Position numbers and translations under genes: made by a program
Notes under the pieces: model-generated
The model's database searches: none
Told to the model about the DNA's origin: nothing
The model's input: only the letters and a program-made list of their open reading frames with translations
NCBI GenBank assembly: GCA_964016885.1
Contig: OZ024740.1
Span: 253,208,001-253,272,000, forward strand
Source of the DNA: Eledone cirrhosa
Taxonomy: Eukaryota
Direction: 5' to 3'
Length of the DNA: 64,000 nucleotides
Shown: piece by piece, positions 27,292 through 40,330 of the stretch
How the letters are laid out: each line of letters opens with the position of its first letter
Numbering within the stretch: the stretch's first letter is position 1

Positions 27292-27797
27292 TCTAAACTA
27301 TAATAAAGGAAGGTCTGCGGGACAGCGTACGGGTTTTTTTTATCCCGTTAGTAAAATAAGTTGGATTACTTTGAATAAATAATTGTTTCTACTTTAGGCA
27401 CAAGGCCAGCAATTACACAGTACATTACTGGTACTTTATTTTATCAACCCCGTAAGGATGAAAGGCAGTTAACCTCGGCGGGATTTGAACTCAGACTGTA
27501 AAATTGACTTTTTTTCAAAGTTGCACTTCCGGTATATCGTTGCCACCACCACCACCACTTCGACTACCATATATATAGAAAGAGAGAGTGTGTGATGTCA
27601 ACACTTCCGGTGGCGATCACTTAAATAAACATACTAATTTTCTGTCACTAATTTTCTCCTAATGCAGTTTATATAATATCATCTTTTTTTAATGTATCAT
27701 GGATTACGTTACTGATTTTATTTGATGTATCATATCTACATGTATGCACACTACACATGCTAGCAGAAAACCACCCGAGGGGTGGTTTTTCTGCTAG
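27292..27797 (+). mobile_element. Non-autonomous Helitron containing a SINE (27379-27495, minus)
   Basis: A|TCTAAAC 5' end; palindromic 3' end ...ttctgCTAG|T. Confidence 0.7.
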
Positions 27798-27837
27798 TGA
27801 TATTAATAAATGGAAACTATATTTATAAAACCTCATT

Positions 27838-27898
27838 TATTCTATTATATATATTTCAAGGGTACCAACACTTTGGTACGCTCTCATCAGATAAAATA
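27838..27898 (-). ncRNA. Type I hammerhead ribozyme in a ~160-bp PLE-2-family 3' fragment
   Basis: Reverse complement tattttat-CTGATGA-gagcgtaccaa..ttggtaccctt-GAAA-tatat-ATA^atagaata. Confidence 0.9.
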
Positions 27899-27971
27899 CA
27901 AAGTTTGTTTTATAAATATTGACAAATCCAGGAATAAGATCTTAACGGTTCAAATTTTTCCTGGATACACA

Positions 27972-28023
<52 letters not shown>

Positions 28024-28048
28024 TAAGAGGAATTCCTATCTATCTATC

Positions 28049-28163
<115 letters not shown>

Positions 28164-28699
28164 CGATATATATAGAGAGAGAGAGCCAGTGGAGATGGCG
28201 TTGTATAAATAAATATACCTACACATAGACACACACATGCGTTGTTTAGAGAGGGATGATATATGTTGGTGATGATGATTGTTGAAGTATGGAGATGTGC
28301 CTGGTGGTGGCGGTGGTGTTGTGTGCGACAAAATATTTACAGGATCGAATTTTACGATGGATTAGATGGGTTAAAAAATGACAGGGAACACGGGGAAAAC
28401 AAGGTTGGGAATGAGGGATGGTGGATGTATAGCGATGTGTATGGTGGTGGTGGTGGCAGTGGGGTGATATGTTCGACATTATATATACAGGATCGGATGT
28501 TACGATGGCTTACAAGGTAAAACCTGACAAAGAGGACAGATAGAACACAATGGTTCTGAGATGAGGGATGTATGGCTATGTGTCTGTTGGTGGGGGTGAT
28601 GGATGCGACATGATATTTACAAAATCTGAACTTACAAAGGGTTACGTGTTATATAAGACAAATGCACTGAGATGAGGGACGGTGTGGCACTATGTTGAG

Positions 28700-29966
28700 T
28701 CATAAACCAAATGAAAACCAAATGAAAACCTCAAATATGTCAACAGACACTCCAACCACCCTAGGAGCATAATTAACTCAATAGTTAAAAGCGTTTCCTA
28801 TAGAGTGTCCACCCTGTCGGTAAATGGAACTATCTTCAACCAGCATGCGGAATACTATAACTCCGCACTTGAAAAAGCTGGTTATATTGAGAAGATATCT
28901 TACAATGGCCTAACTAGAAACGCAACGCCGTTAAACCTAATCAGACCCTTAGAAACACGCATAGACGACGACACCACACTTAGAACAAATACTAACCTAA
29001 GACTCTCTTTAGCCGACAGGACAGGCAGCGTTACACACAACTGCCAACTAGATATAGCTATACTCTCCAACCACAATAAGGACTCTGAACATCGCACGCG
29101 TATACGTAATAATAGAAACCCGAGACATAACGCAAATAGAATAGTAGGAAACCCTACGACAAATACGCCTGACCAAAACGCACCCACGCAACCACCAAAC
29201 CACAACAACCATACTAAACACCGTAAAGCCCGAAGTAGACCTGTGACATGGTACGTTGCCACCAATATAACGGGAACCTTCTTCAGAGCTCTGGGACAAT
29301 CCTTCCCACCCACACATAAATACCACAAGCTCTTCAATAGACACACTGTCAAATTCGCTTTCTCCACAGCACCAAATCTAGGCGATACGATAGCACACAC
29401 TAATAGGACAAAAATACGCAAACAAATGGTAGCTCCACAACAAACCACTAGCACAACCCAGAACGAAACGACACACACAATACATCACAACAACCTACAT
29501 GCCAGCTCCACACAGAATACGAACAACCGACAACGTGCCATCAAACCTGTAACCCCCAACTGCAACTGCAAAAAACGGGTAGAATGCCCACTAAACAGGG
29601 AGTGCCTCGTTAAAAACATTATTTACCGGTTCGATGTCACAGCAGGCAGAAAAGAGTGCCCCTATATAGGTGCGACCTCGACTACGTTTAAGGAAAAACT
29701 CCTTTAAACATAGGCTCAAACGATCCCAAACTAGACTGGCCGATTTGATCTGGGACCTCAAAGACAAGAACATCGAATTCCAGATCATATGGTCAGTTAA
29801 AAGACGCGTGGCCCAACTCCCCAGTGACAGAAACCACTGCAGGTTATGCCTGGCCGAGGTGGCTGAGATCATTAAATTGAAATCTGCCATAAACTATAGG
29901 TCGGACATAATTAAAAATTGTAGACACACCAGGTTGAACACCTTCTCTGCACAAACATTTGGCTGA
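28700..29966 (+). pseudogene. PLE RT thumb, linker and GIY-YIG endonuclease, frameshifted near 29700
   Basis: KPNENLKYV..SNHP, CNCKKRVECPLNRECLVKNIIY, YIGATSTTFKE, CRLCLAE, CRH. Confidence 0.9.
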
Positions 29967-30521
29967 GGGCCACACACTAACCATGACCCAACATAATATT
30001 AACCACCTTTGCCCTGTCTCACCGTCCCTCATCTCAGTGCATTTGTCTTATATAACATGTAACCCTTTGTAAGTTCAGATTTTGTAAATATCATGTGCAT
30101 CCACCACCGCCACCAACAGACACATAGCCATACATCCCTCATCTCAGAACCATTGTGTTCTATCTGTCCTCTTTGTCAGGTTTTACCTTGTAAACCATCG
30201 TAATATCTGATCCTGTAAATATAATGTCGAATATATTACCCCACCGCCACCGCCACCACCACCACCATACACATCGCTATACATCCACCATCCCCCATTC
30301 CCAACCTTATTTTCCCCGTGTTCCCTATGTCATTTTTTAACCTGTAATCCATCGTAAAATCTGATCCTGTATATATTTTGTCGCACACACCACCACCGCC
30401 ACCACCAGGCACATCTCCATACTTCAACAATCATCATCACCAACATATATCGTCTCTCCCTAAACAACGCATGTGTGTGTGTCTATGTGTATATTTATTT
30501 ATACAACGCCATGTCCACTGA

Positions 30522-30554
<33 letters not shown>

Positions 30555-31140
30555 CGCACATGTGTATATATACAACGTATTTGTCAGACTAAGTGTGTCT
30601 ATGTATGTATCTCCTTATTGAAATTGACACCACCAACACATTCATCACGCCACCATAACCACTATTACCACAACCAACAACACCACACCCACACCACACA
30701 CAAAAATCAGCCTCAGCTAAACTACATGTCAATCTGTCTACCGACAACCAGCACCCCCACACCATCGTCCACTTCAGCCTGCGACCGTCACCACCATCTT
30801 ATTACCCCCCCCCCCCCACACACACACACATTCAGTACAGGCAAAAACATCCCTATGAACTAATCCACCAATCAAAACAAACTTTATTGACCAACATATG
30901 AACTTCTGACTTTATCATATAGCATGTATTCATTTTCTACTAACATTACAAGGGATCCGTCAAGCCGCAGATTACAGAGTCGGGTAAGATCGATACAGAT
31001 CGAACCTTTAGCTGATCAGTGGCGAAACGCGCGTCACCAACCAATAAATATAATGAACGAGTAACCAATCGGCCTTGTTATCTTTTCACAATATATATAT
31101 ATTTTTTATATTAATTCTTTGTTTTTTTTAATAAACATAC

Positions 31141-31283
31141 TTCATCATTTCTGAAGATGGCATGTATATGTGAAGGTATGTATATCTCCTCTGATAATTT
31201 GTAATATTTTTTTACATAGATCTTTATCATGATATACATATCAATACACATATATATCCCAGAAACGATCGTAAAATGATGAA
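31141..31283 (+). ncRNA. Type I hammerhead ribozyme with ~104-nt stem II
   Basis: ttcatcattt-CTGAAGA-tgg...cca-GAAA-cgatc-GTA^aaatgatgaa; perfect 10-bp stem I. Confidence 0.85.
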
Positions 31284-31339
31284 TTTTTCAATATAAGGGA
31301 CCTGTTCTTTGTTTTTATTTCATTGTTTTTATTAATTTA

Positions 31340-31445
<106 letters not shown>

Positions 31446-31595
31446 TATGTAATATTTATAAATATATATATATATATATAAGTATGTAATATATATAAGT
31501 ATGTAAAAAATGAAATTTCGTTTAGTTTTTTTCCGTTTATATATATATATACAATGATATTAACTAAATGGAAACTATATTTATAAAACCATATT

Positions 31596-31656
31596 TATTC
31601 TATTATATATATTTCAAGGGTACCAAAACTTTGGTACACTTTCATCAGATAAAATA
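31596..31656 (-). ncRNA. Type I hammerhead ribozyme (PLE-2)
   Basis: Same motif as 38556-38616, on the reverse strand. Confidence 0.9.
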
Positions 31657-32815
31657 CGAAGTGTGTTTTATAAATGTTGACATAACCAATGTTGACATAA
31701 CCAATGTTGACATAACCTTAACGATTCAAGTTTTCCTTGGATAGTGAAGGGTAAGAAAAGTCAGATATTTCAAATTGTTAAAATGAGTATGCAAAGGAGT
31801 ATGCAAATGAGGTTGAGGTAAAGGGCTGAAAAAACGTTATTTTAGACGCTATGGAGAATTTAAATAATTATGATATGTGTTTGTATGCGTAGGAAAGAAG
31901 AGAAAGGAAGAAGAGCTAGTATTTACGTTAATTTGAGGGGAAAAGGTGGAATATGATTCCAGAGTTTAAATTTTAATTTATTTACCTATATTATGAGTTA
32001 TAATATTGTATATATAATCAATTAGATTATATGAAGAATTATGGTTGTAAGTATTTTTATCTTATTACATTACAATAGGTTATATGTATATAAATATTTA
32101 TATAGATTAATAATTACGTATGTATTAGTATTATAGAAATAGAAATAATTTACAATTATTAGTTGTTTATATTTCTAATATGAGTTACGAAGGAAGTTGA
32201 TTTTGTATTTTACATAAACAAATAGGTGGTTCAAGTTTTGAGAGGAGAACAATTTGTAGATTCGAATATTTTGTTCAACATTGAAAATGTTTTCAGAATA
32301 TTGTTAATTTAGCGAAGTTATATAGATTATCATACATAATATGTTTATGTTTGCACGATTGAGAAAGGAAAGATAACTCCAATTTTGTTTGTTAACCGTT
32401 AAATTTGATGAGGGATTTACTCAAAAATATATAGAGAAAATTATATATTATTTTGCGTGAGATTAATTATTTTAGTCGAAAGATGTGTGAATGTTTGAAT
32501 ATCAACAAGAGAGGAAAAACGAAATGTGCTTTTCGAAGAACTATTGTAAAGAGGTTAAATTTTCAGATTATCAATCTGATTATGCATCTAAAAAAATATA
32601 TTTAGAAGGGTGTCATTAGAAAAATAATGTCAGAATTAAAAATATTAAATATATATATTTAAAAAAATTAATGTGAAAAGGTAAAAATATTAGAAATATT
32701 AGAGATATTTAAAAAAATTAGAAATATTAAAAATATTAAAAATATTAAAAAATTAAAAAAAATTATATTTAAATTTTTAAAGAAGGTAGGATCATTTTGA
32801 AGGTGTATAGGAATA

Positions 32816-34545
32816 TTATAAATTAAAAATAGTTCTGAACGTGGAATTTTGGCGATGTCTGCAAGAAGAAAATAATTCTGTTCTAAGATTAATAGAGTTT
32901 TGACAGTTAATTATATAAAAAATTTCTTCGATATACAAGTTAAAGAATCTTGATAAAGCCATATTTCGGTATGCAGGTGCTTTCGAAATCGTTCTCCAAG
33001 ATATTGAATAGTCTATATTGTTGTCTTTTAAGTTCCAAATTGGATGTGAAAGTGAAGTAGAAGATTTTTTATCAGATCTCCTAAATGCGTGTTTATGGTT
33101 ATTCCAGCGTTCTTTGAATGTTGTTGAAGTGGCACCAATATAATTAAATATTTTGTCTCTAGTTTTAACTGTGCATTTATACACTACGTTTTTGTCTAAA
33201 CAATTATTTTGTAAAGGGCAGTTTGATTTGATTCTATAGTTACATTTTCTGGAGTTGTTGTTCGGAACGGTACTATTATTCTGAATATTGTTGGTAAAAA
33301 TATTATTATTGCTATTTTGGTTAGTTTGGTTAGGGTTTAAATTTAAGTTCCTATTATTAATTCTATTTATATTTTGTGCTATGTTCATAGTAGGATAGTT
33401 TTATAGAGTGGTATTTGTGGGCTTTAGGAAAACATTTATCTAGTGCTTTAAAGAATAGCTTTGCTGAAGGTGTTAACGCGTAATGAGAATGGGGGAGAGT
33501 ACCAAATAATATTTCTAGTTCTAGTTTTTTTGTTTGGTTCAGTGTTTATGTTAAATTGTTGATTATTATTATAATTAATACTAGGAGGATTTGTCATTTA
33601 ATTTTATTCGAGTATCCTGCTCTATGTAAAGCTTCATTATAATATTCAGCCTTATCATAAAAAATATTTTTATTAGCAGAGATGTGTGAAATCCGTTGTT
33701 GGACGCTATTGACAATAGTGTTTTTAATACTTCTAGGATGATTAGAATTGAAACTTACATAATTTAGATTTTCGTTAATTTTATGGAAAGGATAGTAAAG
33801 ACCTGTCTAAGGTTTAAGGTTACATCTAAGAAGTTAACGAGTTTGTACTTATTCTCTATTTCTAACTTAAGGTTGTAGTTGTTGAAAAATTGTATTATGG
33901 ATTTCCTTTTCCTATTAAATTCACTATTGCTATGGTTTTCAATTAAAAGCAGTATATCGTCACAATATAAACACCCGGTCATCTCTGGCATTTTCCTATG
34001 CAGTACATTATTAATAAATAATCCAACGAGGTCCGTTACTTGCGCCGAGTCAGATGATCCCATAGTGATATCAAAATTGTTTTTTCTGTCGGTTATTGTC
34101 CAGTGATGATTATTAAATTCTATTAGTGTTTTACATGCTGTTAGAATTATATTCATATCATCACTAAATAGGTCTGTATGTTTAGACGCGTAGATAAGTG
34201 CCTTAATAAGTAAACTAGAGGTAATAGAGGAGTTGTAATTTACAATATCCATTTGAATGAATGTTTTGTTATGATTTAATTTTATGTTATTGAACCAATC
34301 TATAACTTCATTAGTACCGTTCCATAGTTTAAGGTGTGATTTTTCTTTAAGTATAATATAATTCTTTATAATTCTATCTAATATATGTTTGCTAATTATG
34401 CCTAAGTCCGAATTAAATGGTGCGATGAGTCTGACTGGTAGTTCAAATTCAAAATTTGTTTGTGGTCCTTCATGTTAATTTTCGGTTTTCTAGGTATAAA
34501 GGGTTCAGTCCTAATTTGTATGCCTAATTTATAAATAATTTCAGA
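32816..34545 (-). pseudogene. PLE RT plus GIY-YIG (inverted, truncated, frameshifted copy)
   Basis: ORFs 33764-34252 and 32816-33388 nearly identical to 35976-36464 and 36833-37408. Confidence 0.9.
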
Positions 34546-35024
34546 ATTATTTCTATTTCTATAATACTAATACATACGCAATTATTAATCTATATAGATA
34601 TTTATATACATATAACCTATTGTAATGTAATAAGATAAAATTACTTACAACCATAATTCTTCATATAATCTAATTGATTATATCTACAATATTATAACTA
34701 CAATATTAACATATAGGTAAATAAATTAAAATTTAAACTCTGGAATCATATTCCACCTTTTCCTCCAAAATTAACGTAACTTCTTCCTTTTTCTTCTTTC
34801 CTACGCATACAAACAGATATCATAATTATTTAAATTCTCCATAGCGTCTAAAATAACGTTTTTTCCGCCCTTTACCTCAACCTCATTTGCATACTCATTT
34901 GCATACTCATCTTAACAATTTGAAATATCTGACTTTTCTTCTCTTATCCCTTCACGATCCAAGGAAAACTTGAACCGTTAAGGTATTTTCCTAGGTTATG
35001 TCAAAATTTATAAAACACACTTCG

Positions 35025-35084
35025 TATTTTATCTGATGAAGCGTACCAAAGTTTTGGTACCCTTGAAATATATATAATAGAATA
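35025..35084 (+). ncRNA. Type I hammerhead ribozyme in the 5' pseudo-LTR, ~140 nt upstream of the ATG
   Basis: tattttat-CTGATGA-agcgtaccaaa..tttggtaccctt-GAAA-tatat-ATA^atagaata. Confidence 0.85.
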
Positions 35085-35222
35085 AATATGGTTTTATAAA
35101 TATAGTTTCCAGTTATTTAATATCATTGAATCAGTTATAAACATTTATATTTGAATATCCCTTCTGCTTATAAATATCTCATTTAATGTTGAGCACTTTA
35201 AACTATAACTGATTGCAAAATA

Positions 35223-37408
35223 ATGGAATTCTTTAGGATTTCTTCTTCTCTAAAAGATGTACCCTTACCTAAAAATAAGGAATATCTAAAACAACTCATT
35301 GAGAAATCTGACTCCTTTATACGAAGACTTAGATGTCGTGCTTTCCATTTTGATAGAAAATCGGATCACAAAATAAATAAATCCAGTTACAACTTTGATC
35401 TTATCTTCAAATCTAAGAAGAATCCACCTAGCAACAAATTACTAGCCGAATTTGAAAATGAAGTAATATCTATTATACAAAACATTAAATAAAAAAACAA
35501 AACAATTTATAGGCCAGGAATAATATAGACAATCTAGAAAAAACTAAAAGGATCCTCATAAAATCTGATAAAACAAATAATTGATATGGTATGGAAAAGG
35601 GCAAATATAATAACCTTATATTGAAAGAAGTCAGAAAAAAACTACAAAATAACATCAAATGAAGATCTTTCAACGTTAAATAGAGAAGCTTCTGAAATTA
35701 TTTATAAATTAGGCATCCAAAATAGGACTGAATCCTTTATACCTAGAAAACCGAAAATTAACCCGAAGGACCACAAAAGAAATTTTGAAATTGAACTACC
35801 AGTCAGATTCATCACACCATCTAATTCGGACTTAAGCATAATTAGCAAACATATATTAGATAGAATTATACCATAACTTAAAGAAAAATCACACCTTAAA
35901 CTATGGAACGGTACTAATGAAGTTATAGATTGGTTCAATAACATAAAATTAAAACTTAACAAAAAATTCATTCAAATGGATATTGCAAATTACTACTCCT
36001 CTATTACCCCTAGTTTACTTAATAAGGCACTTATCTACGCGTCTAAACATACAGACCTATTTAGTGATGAAATGAATATAATTCTAACAGCACGTAAAAC
36101 ACTAATAGAATTTAATAATCATCACTGGACAAGAACCGACAGAAAAAACAATTTTGATATCACTATGGGATCATCTGACTCGGCGCAAGTAACGGACCTC
36201 GTTGGATTATTTATTAATAATGTACTGCATAGGAAAATGCCAGAGATGACCGGAGGTTTATATCGTGACGAGATGTTGCTTTTAATTGAAAACCATAGCA
36301 ATAGTGAATTTAATAGGAAAAGGAAATCCATAATACAATTTTTCAACAACTACAACCTTAAGTTAGAAATAGAGAATAAGTACAAACTCGTTAACTTCTT
36401 AGATGTAACCTTAAACCTTAGACAGGTCTTTACTATCCTTTCCATAAAATTAACGAAAATCTAAATTATGTAAGTTTCAATTCTAATCATCCCAGAAGTA
36501 TTAAAAACACTATTGTCAATAGCGTCCAACAACGGATTTCACGCATCTCTGCTAATAAAAATATTTTTTATGATAAGGCTGAATATTATAAGCAGGATAC
36601 TCGAATAAAATTAAATGACAAATCATCCTAGTATTAATTATAATAATAATCAACAATTTAACTTAAACACTGAACCAAACAAAAAACTAGAACTAGAAAT
36701 ATTATTTGGTACTCTCCCCCATTCTCATTACGCGTTGACACACCTTTAGCAAAGCTATTCTTTAAAGCACTAGATAAATGTTTTCCTAAAGCCCACAGAT
36801 ACCACTCTATAAAACTATCCTACTCTACTACTATGAACATAGCACAAAATATAAATAGAATTAATAATAGGAACTTAAATTTAAACCCTAACCAAACTAA
36901 CCAAAATAGCAATAATAATATTTCTAACAACAATATTCAGAATAATAGTACAGTTCCGAACAACAACAACTCCAGAAAATGTAACTATAGAATCAAATCA
37001 AACTGCCCTTTACAAAATAATTGTTTAGACAAAAACGTAGTGTATAAATGCACAGTTAAAACTAGAGACAAAATATTTAACTATATTGGTGCCACTTCAA
37101 CAACATTCAAAGAACGCTGGAATAACCATAAACACGCATTTAGGAGATCTGATAAAAAATCTTCTACTTCACTTTCACATCCAATTTGGAACTTAAAAGA
37201 CAACAATATAGACTATTCAATATCTTGGAGAACGATTTCGAAAGCACCTGCATACCGAAATATGGCTTTATCAAGATTCTTTAACTTGTGTATCGAAGAT
37301 ATTTTTTATATAATTAAATGTCAAAACTCTATTAATCTTAGAACAGAATTATTTTCTTCTTGCAGACATCGCCAAAATTCCACGTTCAGAACTATTTTTA
37401 ATTTATAA
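35223..37408 (+). pseudogene. PLE polyprotein (N-terminal SLKDVP region, RT, GIY-YIG), disrupted
   Basis: SLKDVPLP..FIRRLR, SDKT, FDITMGSSDSAQ, GLYRDE, VNFLDVTLNL, CPLQNNCL..VVYKC, YIGATSTTFKERW; several frameshifts and stops. Confidence 0.95.
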
Positions 37409-38555
37409 TATTCCTATACACCTTCAAAATGATCCTACCTTCTTTAAAAATTTAAATATAAATTTTTTTAATTTTTTAATATTTTTAATATTTTTAATAT
37501 TTCTAATTTTTTTTAATATCTCTAATATTTCTAATATTTTTACCTTTTCACATTAATTTTTTTAAATATATATATTTAATATTTTTAATTCTGACATTAT
37601 TTTTCTAATGACACCCTTCTAAATATATTTTTTTAGATGCATAATCAGATTGATAATCTGAAAATTTAACCTCTTTACAATAGTTCTTCGAAAAGCACAT
37701 TTCGTTTTTCCTCTCTTGTTGATATTCAAACATTCACACATCTTTCGACTAAAATAATTAATCTCACGCAAAATAATATATAATTTTCTCTATATATTTT
37801 TGAGTAAATCACTCATCAAATTTAACGGTTAACAAACAAAATTGGAGTTATCTTTCCTTTCTCAATCGTGCAAACATAAACATATTATGTATGATAATCT
37901 ATATAACTTCGCTAAATTAACAATATTCTGAAAACATTTTCAATGTTGAACAAAATATTCGAATCTACAAATTGTTCTCCTCTCACAACTTGAACCATCT
38001 ATTTGTTTATGTAAAATACAAAATCAACTTCCTTCGTAACTCATATTAGAAATATAAACAACTAATAATTGTAAATTATTTCTATTTCTATAATACTAAT
38101 ACATACGTAATTATTAATCTATATAGATATTTATATACATATAACCTATTGTAATGTAATAAGATAAAAATACTTACAACCATAATTCTTCATATAATCT
38201 AATTGATTATATATACAATATTATAACTCATAATATAGGTAAATAAATTAAAATTTAAACTCTGGAATCATATTCCACCTTTTCCCCTCAAATTAACGTA
38301 AATACTAGCTCTTCTTCTTTTCTCTTCTTTCCTACGCATACAAACACATATCATAATTATTTAAATTCTCCATAGCGTCTAAAATAACGTTTTTTCAGCC
38401 TTTTACCTCAACCTCATTTGCATACTCCTTTGCATACTCATTTTAACAATTTGAAATATCTTACTTTTCTTCTCTTATCCCTCCACTATCCAAGGAAAAC
38501 TTGAATCGTTAAGGTATTTTCCTTGGTTATGTCAAAATTTATAAAACACACTTCG

Positions 38556-38616
38556 TATTTTATCTGATGAAAGCGTACCAAAGTTTTGGTACCCTTGAAA
38601 TATATATAATAGAATA
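38556..38616 (+). ncRNA. Type I hammerhead ribozyme in the 3' pseudo-LTR
   Basis: tattttat-CTGATGA-aagcgtaccaaa..tttggtaccctt-GAAA-tatat-ATA^atagaata. Confidence 0.9.
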
Positions 38617-38802
38617 AATATGGTTTTATAAATTTAGTTTCCATTTATTTAATATCAGTTATAAACATTTATATTTATTGAATTACCAACAAATTGAATA
38701 TCCCTTCTGCTTATATACATATATATATATATATACATATATATTTATTATTCAAATTGTTAATAAATGAAAAATATTCTCATACTCGAAATATATATTT
38801 TA

Positions 38803-39659
38803 CTAGCAATAAAGCCCGGCGTTGCTCGGGGTCGCTCAGTAGCTGTGTTAAAGTTACAATGTTAAGTTTCTTTCTTGGCTTAAAAACTGTAGTGTCTACT
38901 GTGCAGACTTGCATGTGGTGTTTTTGATTAATATTCCCTCAACCAACAATATGCCTTATGAAGTTAAGAAAACATAACGATAACCCGAATGTTATAACAA
39001 AAGAGGATGCTGGGGATAGAAACTGCACTGGTTATTTTTTAACAAAGATCGAAAATGTAAACACTGCAACGCAGAGAAAAACATTAGCGTAACCAAATTA
39101 TCAGTTATGTCTGTCTGCACGCCTATATCACCTCTCTGCACGACTGTCTGTCTGCACGCCTATATCACCTCTCTGCACGACTGTCTGTCTGCACGCGTAT
39201 ATCACCTCTCTGCACGACTGTCTGTCTGCACGCCTAACGACGAAATATTTGCTTGTTTTACGTAGTCTTTAAATAGACTTGTTTTCAAGTAAAAATATTG
39301 TTTTAAAATGTTTTTAAATGGAAATGAAGCAAAACGGAAGCTTAGTGTTCGAACTGATGAATTTTGCAGGTCAATATTTTTCTGGCTCGACAACTGTTAA
39401 AGCCAGCGTAATTTTTTACGTAAGACGCTCAATGTAAACAGAACAAAGGGAAATAACTGATAACTTACGCTCAAAAATCGATACATTATATTCGATTTCG
39501 TCACATAGGGTGGGTCAATTTGAAATTTTTTTTTCCCGATGTCTTCGCTAGGGCTCAATGTACAAGTATAGCAATTTCGGTGCAATTCCGTGAGAGATTC
39601 TAAGAGGAGATGTGTGCCAAAAATCGATAGACAGACAACCACAGTTTTATATATATAGA
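38803..39659 (-). mobile_element. Non-autonomous Helitron with internal ~37-bp tandem repeat (39107-39235)
   Basis: CTAG plus hairpin cccggcgttgctcgggg; TC 5' end; removing it restores the PLE-3 inverted repeat at an A|T site. Confidence 0.85.
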
Positions 39660-40330
39660 TTATACATATTTCAAAGGTACTATATTGTTTAAGTACAAAA
39701 TATATGATTTGATATGTGACATACCGCTACGGTTTTGATTATTCAATTCCAGTATTGGCAGTGATTTATTTCATCAAATCTCAATGTGATAATATGATAA
39801 ACTTAAATAATATGATAAACTTAAAGAAGGACGTAGAGCAAGTTAGAAATATAAGAGGGGGTGCAAAGAAAATGAAAAGACAATAAATAAATAAATAAAT
39901 AAATAAATGGATGACTGAATAAAAGAAGAAAAGAAATATATAAAAGAAAAGAGGAATAAAGACAAAAGAGAGGGAAGATGTGGGGAGAGTAAAGGGGAAA
40001 CGAAGAGGAATAAAGAACAACGAAGAAAACGAAGAAAAAAACATGAAATAGAGGGGAATAAAAAAACTGTTGTTTTCAAATGCTAGATAAAACAAGAAAT
40101 CAAAATTCTATTCACATATATCAATGAATATCGCTTGTATTGGATTATGTTTTAGCTAATTATACTTTTATATTATATCTAGATTATTAGGTATAGATTA
40201 CTTTCTATAGCAATCACATATTTAAGTTAATTACAAATTTATATAATTTAAATTAGCTCATTATAGATTATTATAATTTTTAATTATAAGGTAAGATATT
40301 ATATTAATATTTTACTACATCAATACATAT

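Larger units (their letters stand above)
31552..38715 (+). mobile_element. Penelope-like element 2: 3-kb inverted 5'-truncated copy, pseudo-LTR and full unit
   Basis: 31552-34545 inverts ~35692-38657; 34545-35170 directly repeats 38074-38715; (TA)n flanks. Confidence 0.95.

Noticed and set aside
35582-35584. In-frame TGA in the PLE-2 ORF as possible selenocysteine (reported for some Naiad PLEs)
   Set aside because: It falls at the Leu position of DKTxNLY, not a Cys site; the ORF is otherwise frameshifted; Cys motifs in the PLE ORFs here show no TGA
39715-39785. Possible decayed hammerhead of PLE-3 on the minus strand (TTGATGA...AAAACCGTAGCGGTA)
   Set aside because: Two core changes and no stem I; position is suggestive but support is insufficient
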